Shown here piece by piece: positions 58,550 to 64,000 of a stretch of 64,000 bases of DNA (position 1 is its first letter; each line of letters opens with the position of its first letter). The position numbers were made by a program, and so were the translations under genes. Where the stretch lies: contig JAFTVF010000015.1 in assembly GCA_017465865.1 (NCBI GenBank), forward strand, positions 428 through 64,427. Reading direction: 5' to 3'. This DNA is from Clostridia bacterium (GTDB taxonomy: Bacteria; Bacillota; Clostridia; Christensenellales; Borkfalkiaceae). Under the pieces are notes generated by a model, which worked only from the letters and a program-made list of their open reading frames with translations, searched no databases and was not told where the DNA came from.

Positions 58550-60037
58550 ATGGTAAACGATTTGATATTTTGCAGTCCCGAAGAAGCGGGTGTAAGCTCT
58601 GCGCGCGTAAGTAAATTTATCGAGCGTTTGAAAGAACGCAAAACGAATTTACATTCCTTTATGATGGTGCGAAACGGAAAAATCCTGACGGAGGCGTATT
58701 ATAAGCCGTTTGATAAGGACTTTATGCACCGCCTGTATTCGTCGAGCAAGACGTACGTGTCGATCGCAGTCGGTATGCTGATCGGCGAGGGTAGAATTCG
58801 CTTAGAGGATAAGCTGATGGATCTGCTTCCCGAATACGCGAACGAGGAACAACACAAGTGGATGAAAGAATGTACGGTGGAGGACGCGCTGAAAATGTCC
58901 GTGCCGATGCTGACGGATACGTATTTTGCGTTGGATTATCAGGAATGGGCGTGGACTTTCTTTAATCACCCTACGCGTAGCAAGGCGTTAAAGCCCGCGG
59001 GCACGGTGTTCAATTACAATACCTCGGGCACGTTTATTCTCGACGTTTTGGTGGAGAAACTCACGGGCAAGCCGTTTTTGGAATATATGCGCCCCGTATT
59101 CGACAAGATTGGGGTAAGCAAGGATATTTGGTGCGTAAAATCCCCCGACGGATATTCGTGGGGCGGAAGCGGCGTGATCTGTACGTTGCGGGATTTTGCG
59201 AAGTTTGCGGAATTGCTTTTGAATATGGGCGAGTATAAAGGTGAACAGCTTCTTCCCCGTTGGTATATGGAAAAGGCGACGAGTAAGCAGATTTCGAATA
59301 TTCGCGAAAACCATTTTACGATACGGCACGAGCAGGGCTACGGGTATCAGATTTGGATCACGAAACAGGGCTTTGCGCTCTTGGGGATGGGCAGTCAGAT
59401 GGCGTTCTGTTTCCCCGAAAAGAACTTCCTGTTCGTCTGCCAAGGGGATACGCAGTGCGGTGCCGATACCGAGGGGGATTATATCTACGAACAGCTCGTG
59501 CACGAGGTATACGAATATTTGCAAGACGAGGCTTTGCCTGTGGGCGAGGCGTACGAAACGCTGCAAAACGAGCTGAAAGAGCTGAAACTCAACGTGGACT
59601 ACGGGGAAGCGCATCAGCCGTTTGAAAAGGAAATAGACGGCGTGAAATACGAGCTTGAAGAAAACGGTATGGGCTGGAAATGGTTCCGATTTGATTTCGA
59701 GGACGAAACGGGCAAGCTGACCTATGAGAATAAACGCGGTGTAAAGACGATTAACTTCGGTTGCAATTCGTTGCTTTCGGGCACGTTCCCCGAAACGTAT
59801 TTCTACGACAGGCAGGTGGAAACGCCGTCGAACCGCGAATTGAATTCTATGTCCGATCTGAGCTGGACGGAGGAGAAAAAGATTTTGTTGCGTTCGTATA
59901 TCGTGGACACGAATTTGGGTAGTTGTTTTATGACGTTCGGGTTTAAGGGCGACGAGGTCGGTATCATGATGAACCAGCGCGGGGAGTTTTTCTTGCGTGA
60001 TTACGCGGGCTATGCAGGCGGGAAATGCGTGAAGTAA
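58550..60037 (+). CDS. Serine hydrolase, beta-lactamase (class C/esterase) family
   Basis: SxxK motif in LYSSSKTYVS, with an extended C-terminal domain. Confidence 0.8.
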   Translation: MVNDLIFCSPEEAGVSSARVSKFIERLKERKTNLHSFMMVRNGKILTEAYYKPFDKDFMHRLYSSSKTYVSIAVGMLIGEGRIRLEDKLMDLLPEYANEEQHKWMKECTVEDALKMSVPMLTDTYFALDYQEWAWTFFNHPTRSKALKPAGTVFNYNTSGTFILDVLVEKLTGKPFLEYMRPVFDKIGVSKDIWCVKSPDGYSWGGSGVICTLRDFAKFAELLLNMGEYKGEQLLPRWYMEKATSKQISNIRENHFTIRHEQGYGYQIWITKQGFALLGMGSQMAFCFPEKNFLFVCQGDTQCGADTEGDYIYEQLVHEVYEYLQDEALPVGEAYETLQNELKELKLNVDYGEAHQPFEKEIDGVKYELEENGMGWKWFRFDFEDETGKLTYENKRGVKTINFGCNSLLSGTFPETYFYDRQVETPSNRELNSMSDLSWTEEKKILLRSYIVDTNLGSCFMTFGFKGDEVGIMMNQRGEFFLRDYAGYAGGKCVK

Positions 60038-60092
60038 AACTCCATATACACTAAATTACAAACAAATTTGACGGATAAGGAGATAGAATAAA

Positions 60093-60164
60093 ATGAACCT
60101 TAAAGGGATATCCACTCCTGCGCTGATTTTAGACGAAAGCGTTTACCGCTCGCGGCTGTTGTAA
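60093..60164 (+). pseudogene. 23-codon remnant resembling the N-terminus of a DSD1/D-threonine-aldolase-type PLP enzyme
   Basis: An AAGGAG RBS is followed by MNLKGISTPALILDESVYRSRLL*. The TPAL(L/I)LD pattern is typical of alanine-racemase-N-domain enzymes. It is followed by a terminator-like hairpin. Confidence 0.3.
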
Positions 60165-60345
60165 GTAAAGGGTATAACACCTCTGAAAGTCTTTACGGCT
60201 TTTGGGGGTGTTTTTTTGCGCTCTTGCGGATTTAATGTAAATTTTGCATCACGAAAACAAAAGAAAAACAAAATTTTAACATTTCCGTTGTACAATATAA
60301 CGGAAAAAGGACAATGAAAATCACCAAGAAAAGGAGATATAATCA

Positions 60346-61266
60346 ATGAACGCTATTGAAATCAGAGATCTATCGAAAAGTTTTCGCGGAATGTACGCCG
60401 TCGATCATCTGAATATGACGGTACCCGTAGGCGCGATTTACGGCTTTATCGGCGAAAACGGCAGTGGAAAATCCACGACCGAAAAACTTATCTGCGGCCA
60501 TCTTGTTCCCGACGGCGGCGAGATCAAGCTCTTTGGCAAAGATTACACGGACGCAGGCGTAAGAGTGCGGGTCGGCGCGTTGATCGAAAACGCAGGCTGT
60601 TTCCCAGGTTCGAGCGTATGGGACAATCTAATGATGCAAGCCATCAATCTCGGTCTTGAAAACCCCGCGGAGGAGATCGACCGCGTGTTGAAAATCGTCC
60701 GAATGGAGGACTCCGCGCGGATCAAATTCAAGAGCTGTTCGCTGGGTATGAAGCAGCGTATCGGTATTGCCATGGCGCTGCTCGGCGAGCCTGCTTTGCT
60801 CATATTAGACGAGCCGATCAACGGTCTGGATACGGACGGAATGCGGATCATGCGCGAGATTTTAATCGATATTACGCAAAAATACGGCTGTACCGTACTC
60901 ATATCTTCGCATATTTTAGGGGAGCTTGAAAAGATCGCCACCCATTACGGGATTATCCGTCAAGGCAGAATGATACAAGAGCTTTCCGCGAAAGAAATGG
61001 AAAGCCGCGCCCGTGTTTTTACGTCCGTTAAAACGAAGCATATGAAGAGCGCGAAAATCGTTTTGGAACAGGAATTTGATGACGTTCGTGAGGAAGACGG
61101 GTATCTTCGGGTATACGACGTAGAGGATACCGAAGCGATCGTCGAGCATCTGTATAAAAACGGACACGTCGTTGGCGAGATCAAAAAGAATAAGATCGGG
61201 CTGGAAGAATACTATATCGAATTGATGTCGAAAAAGGAGGAGGAATACTATGCAAACGGCAAATGA
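60346..61266 (+). CDS. ABC transporter ATP-binding protein (ABC-2 / lantibiotic-immunity-like), copy 1
   Basis: Walker A is GENGSGKST, the signature is SLGMKQR and Walker B is LILDEP. Confidence 0.9.
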   Translation: MNAIEIRDLSKSFRGMYAVDHLNMTVPVGAIYGFIGENGSGKSTTEKLICGHLVPDGGEIKLFGKDYTDAGVRVRVGALIENAGCFPGSSVWDNLMMQAINLGLENPAEEIDRVLKIVRMEDSARIKFKSCSLGMKQRIGIAMALLGEPALLILDEPINGLDTDGMRIMREILIDITQKYGCTVLISSHILGELEKIATHYGIIRQGRMIQELSAKEMESRARVFTSVKTKHMKSAKIVLEQEFDDVREEDGYLRVYDVEDTEAIVEHLYKNGHVVGEIKKNKIGLEEYYIELMSKKEEEYYANGK

Positions 61267-62092
61267 ATTAAAATTTGAATCGCCGAGCTTTACCAAGCGC
61301 ATCAAAGGCATGCTGGGCGTGGATTTCTATCGTTTATTCCATACCCCTATGTTTTATATCTTCCTCGCGATCGCCGCGATCATTCCCGCAATGGTATCGG
61401 CGATGACCACGATGACGGGTCCCGACGGAACGGCGACGACCCCGCTGTATTCTAACGTATGGCAGATCATAGCCGCTTCTCAGCCGCTGTACGTCATCAA
61501 TAGCATTGCCGATTATGCGAATATGAATATGGTGTTTATCTTCGGCGGTATTATGGTTTCTATCTTTATCGGACACGATTACAAAAGCGGATACGTAAAA
61601 CAGCTTTTCACCACGCACGCAAAAAAGCAGGACTATATGATCTCCAAGAGCCTCGTTTGTGCGTTCGCGATGGCTTGTATGTGCATTACCTATTTTATCG
61701 GCGGTACGGTCGGGGGCTTGCTCGCGGGGTATGAAACGGACGTGAACGTCGGATCTCTCGTCCTTGCGATCCTCGGAAAAATGGTGATGAGCCTCGGCTG
61801 GGCGAGCCTGTATACTTTCCTCAATATCATTTTCAGAAGATATTTCGGCATTTCCATTGCCTCGTCCTTCTTCTTCGGTACGGGTATCCTGATTATCGGC
61901 GTGGCGGCGCTTGTGGAAAATCTGTCGCTCCCGACGGCGTTTTTGAATATCTTCTTGTACGGCTCGTCGGTCAACGCATGCTTGGTAAGCAATATCGGAA
62001 CGCTCTTTATTTGTATCGCGGTGTCCGTCGCTTGGGCGGTCGTTTATAACCTGCTCGGCACGCTCATTCTTTCCAAGAGCGACGTATATTAA
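61250..62092 (+). CDS. ABC-2 type permease, copy 1
   Basis: Six hydrophobic segments. The gene overlaps the upstream ATPase gene end. Confidence 0.7.
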   Translation: MQTANELKFESPSFTKRIKGMLGVDFYRLFHTPMFYIFLAIAAIIPAMVSAMTTMTGPDGTATTPLYSNVWQIIAASQPLYVINSIADYANMNMVFIFGGIMVSIFIGHDYKSGYVKQLFTTHAKKQDYMISKSLVCAFAMACMCITYFIGGTVGGLLAGYETDVNVGSLVLAILGKMVMSLGWASLYTFLNIIFRRYFGISIASSFFFGTGILIIGVAALVENLSLPTAFLNIFLYGSSVNACLVSNIGTLFICIAVSVAWAVVYNLLGTLILSKSDVY

Positions 62093-62106
62093 AGGAGGCA
62101 GCTTAT

Positions 62107-63012
62107 ATGAATGCAATCGAAATCAGAAATTTATCCAAAAACTTTGGCGAAAAGCAAGCCGTAAAGGGCTTGGATATGACCGTCCCCGTAGGCGCGATCT
62201 ACGGCTTTATCGGTGAAAACGGCAGCGGGAAATCCACGACCGAAAAACTCATTTGCGGGCTTCTCGTGCCGAGCGACGGGCAGATCAAACTGTTCGGCAA
62301 AGACCATACCGACGCGGATATACGGGCGAAAATCGGCGTTTTGATCGAAACGCCCGGGTGTTTTCCGAATATGAGCGTATGGAATAATATGTTGCTCCAA
62401 GCCGCCAATTTAAGCGTTCCCAACGCAGAGGAAGAGGTGCGGAAGGTGCTGAAAACGGTGAGAATGGAGGGTGCGGCGTCCAACAAATACAAGAACTGTT
62501 CTTTGGGTATGAAACAGCGTATCGGTATTGCGATGGCGTTGCTTGGCGATCCCGCTTTGCTCGTGCTTGACGAGCCGATCAACGGTCTGGATGCGGACGG
62601 TATGCGGATCATGCGCGAAGTGCTTGTGGATATTACCCGAAAATACGGTTGTACTGTCGTCGTGTCCTCGCATATTTTAGGCGAGCTTGAAAAGATCGCT
62701 ACGCATTACGGGATTATCCGCGGCGGAAGAATGATTAGGGAGATGACCGCCGAAGAGTTGGAGGCAAGCTGTCGTACTTACGTTGCGTTGCAAACGCGGG
62801 ATATGCAAAAAACGAAAGCTCTGCTCGGCTGTAAATATTCCCGCGTGGAGGGAGACGAGAGCGGGTATATCCGCGTTTACGGCGCGGAAACGCCCGAAGA
62901 GATCGTTACGTATCTGTATGAACATCAGATTTTGGTAAGCGAGATCAAAACGGCAAAGATCGGTTTGGAGGAATATTATATCGATCTTATGAACGAAAAG
63001 GAGGGCAGATAA
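62107..63012 (+). CDS. ABC transporter ATP-binding protein, copy 2 (paralog of 60346)
   Basis: Same motifs as copy 1 and clearly collinear with it over its full length. Confidence 0.9.
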   Translation: MNAIEIRNLSKNFGEKQAVKGLDMTVPVGAIYGFIGENGSGKSTTEKLICGLLVPSDGQIKLFGKDHTDADIRAKIGVLIETPGCFPNMSVWNNMLLQAANLSVPNAEEEVRKVLKTVRMEGAASNKYKNCSLGMKQRIGIAMALLGDPALLVLDEPINGLDADGMRIMREVLVDITRKYGCTVVVSSHILGELEKIATHYGIIRGGRMIREMTAEELEASCRTYVALQTRDMQKTKALLGCKYSRVEGDESGYIRVYGAETPEEIVTYLYEHQILVSEIKTAKIGLEEYYIDLMNEKEGR

Positions 63013-63013
63013 C

Positions 63014-63829
63014 GTGGAAAGCACGGAAAAGATAAAATTCGAAACCAACGGCTTGGGGAAAAGACTGAAAAGTATGTTGAAAGTGGATTTCCGAAGAGCG
63101 TTCACTACGCCGTTGTTTTATATCATGGTCGGGGTTGCGCTCGTGATCCCCGTATTGATACTCGTGATGACGGGTATGATGGACGGTATGACGACGGTCG
63201 ATCCTCAAACGGGCGCGGAAACGACGATACAAGGTTTTACGAACGTATGGCAGGCGATCGGCACGGTAAGCGGCGAAAACTCCGCAATGGCGATGGACCT
63301 TACGGGTATGTGCAATATCAATATGATGTATTTCTTGGCGGCGGTGCTCGTTTGTCTGTTTATCGCGGCAGATTTCAGGAGCGGTTATTGCAAAAATCTT
63401 TTTGCCGTTCGCGCAAAGAAAACCGATTACGTGATTTCCAAAACGGTAGTCGGATTTATCGGCGGCGGGTGTATGCTGCTTGCGTTTTTTGTAGGCGCAA
63501 TGCTCGGCGGCGCGATCGCGGGCTTGCCTTTTGATCTGGGAACGGCAACCCCGTCGGGGATTGTTATGTGTATGCTTTCGAAGATTTTCTTGATGACGGT
63601 GTTCGTTTCCATTTACGTCGTTTTAGGGGTTACGGCAAAACAAAAAACTTGGCTTTCGCTTGTGATTTCTCTTGGCGCGGGAATGTTGCTGTTTATGATG
63701 ATCCCCATGCTAACGCCCTTAAACGCGGGATTTGTTAACGTCGTGCTTTGTTTGGCGGGCGGAGTGTTGTTCAGCGTAGGGCTTGGCGCAGTGAGCAATC
63801 TGATATTGAATAAGACGAGCTTGGTATAA
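63014..63829 (+). CDS. ABC-2 type permease, copy 2
   Basis: GTG start. The N-terminus KFETNGLGKRLKSMLKVDFRRAF parallels KFESPSFTKRIKGMLGVDFYRLF of copy 1. Confidence 0.7.
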   Translation: MESTEKIKFETNGLGKRLKSMLKVDFRRAFTTPLFYIMVGVALVIPVLILVMTGMMDGMTTVDPQTGAETTIQGFTNVWQAIGTVSGENSAMAMDLTGMCNINMMYFLAAVLVCLFIAADFRSGYCKNLFAVRAKKTDYVISKTVVGFIGGGCMLLAFFVGAMLGGAIAGLPFDLGTATPSGIVMCMLSKIFLMTVFVSIYVVLGVTAKQKTWLSLVISLGAGMLLFMMIPMLTPLNAGFVNVVLCLAGGVLFSVGLGAVSNLILNKTSLV

Positions 63830-63830
63830 T

Positions 63831-63866
63831 AAAAAGCACACCCCGCATAGGGGGTGTGCCTTTTTT
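63831..63866 (+). terminator. Intrinsic terminator after ABC operon
   Basis: AAAAAGCACACCCC-gcata-GGGGGTGTGCC followed by TTTTTT. Confidence 0.8.
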
Positions 63867-63873
63867 CTATGAA

Positions 63874-63938
63874 GCAAACTACCCTGTGATTAATTCCACA
63901 GGGTAGTTTGCCAAGAAAGCCACGCGATAGTCGCGTGG
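63874..63938. repeat. Two adjacent perfect inverted repeats (15-bp arms, then 8-bp arms)
   Basis: The first is GCAAACTACCCTGTG-attaattc-CACAGGGTAGTTTGC at 63874-63911. The second is CCACGCGA-tag-TCGCGTGG at 63920-63938. A TTGAAA, 17 nt, TATAAT promoter follows near the window end. Confidence 0.6.
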
Positions 63939-64000
63939 TTCGGTAGAGGTTTACCGATGAGTTGAAATAAAAACTCCGATTTAGTATAATGTTGGTGTGA

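Overview
This 64-kb window looks like a Bacillota (Clostridia-like) chromosome. The evidence is a T-box leader, an L20-type leader on infC-rpmI-rplT, ytxC-thrS synteny and strong GGAGG-type ribosome-binding sites.

The moderately GC-rich backbone (1-42 kb) carries:
- a 5'-truncated trehalase, an MFS transporter and an RpiR regulator;
- a ZIP metal transporter;
- a pstS-pstCA-pstB-phoPR phosphate module;
- leuS, ytxC-like and thrS, then infC-rpmI-rplT;
- a TrmH-family methyltransferase and YebC;
- a yybP-ykoY-like (Mn) leader in front of a P-type ATPase;
- RNase J, trmR-trhP-like genes, asparaginase and an M29 aminopeptidase;
- a His/Cys-rich COG0523 GTPase pair;
- tRNA-Arg(CCU) and gdhA;
- an AraC/oxidoreductase/DMT/ferritin-like cluster;
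- an FNT channel and tRNA-Ala(CGC).

Directly after tRNA-Ala lies a visibly AT-rich island of about 15.7 kb (about 42.09-57.78 kb). It carries two paralogous tyrosine integrases, a Tn916-orf7-like sigma factor, a glycan-degradation gene set and a ToxN/AbiQ-family toxin gene. The glycan set comprises GH13, a frameshifted GH43+F5/8C, two SGNH esterases, RpiB-like, an alpha/beta hydrolase and GH38.

To the right are decayed gene remnants, a beta-lactamase-family hydrolase and a tandemly duplicated ABC-2 exporter module.

The most interesting items are:
1. The ToxN/AbiQ locus has the promoter-RNA-terminator-toxin layout of type III toxin-antitoxin systems, but I could find no tandem-repeat antitoxin array.
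2. A low-GC two-gene islet of unknown function (10.9-12.2 kb) is preceded by a strong promoter, a nested-helix structured leader of about 150 nt and an intrinsic terminator.
3. The PstS appears circularly permuted.
4. The island shows recombination scars and candidate att repeats.

No CRISPR array, rRNA, reverse transcriptase or transposase was seen. All coordinates of non-ORF features were read by eye and may be off by 1-2 nt.
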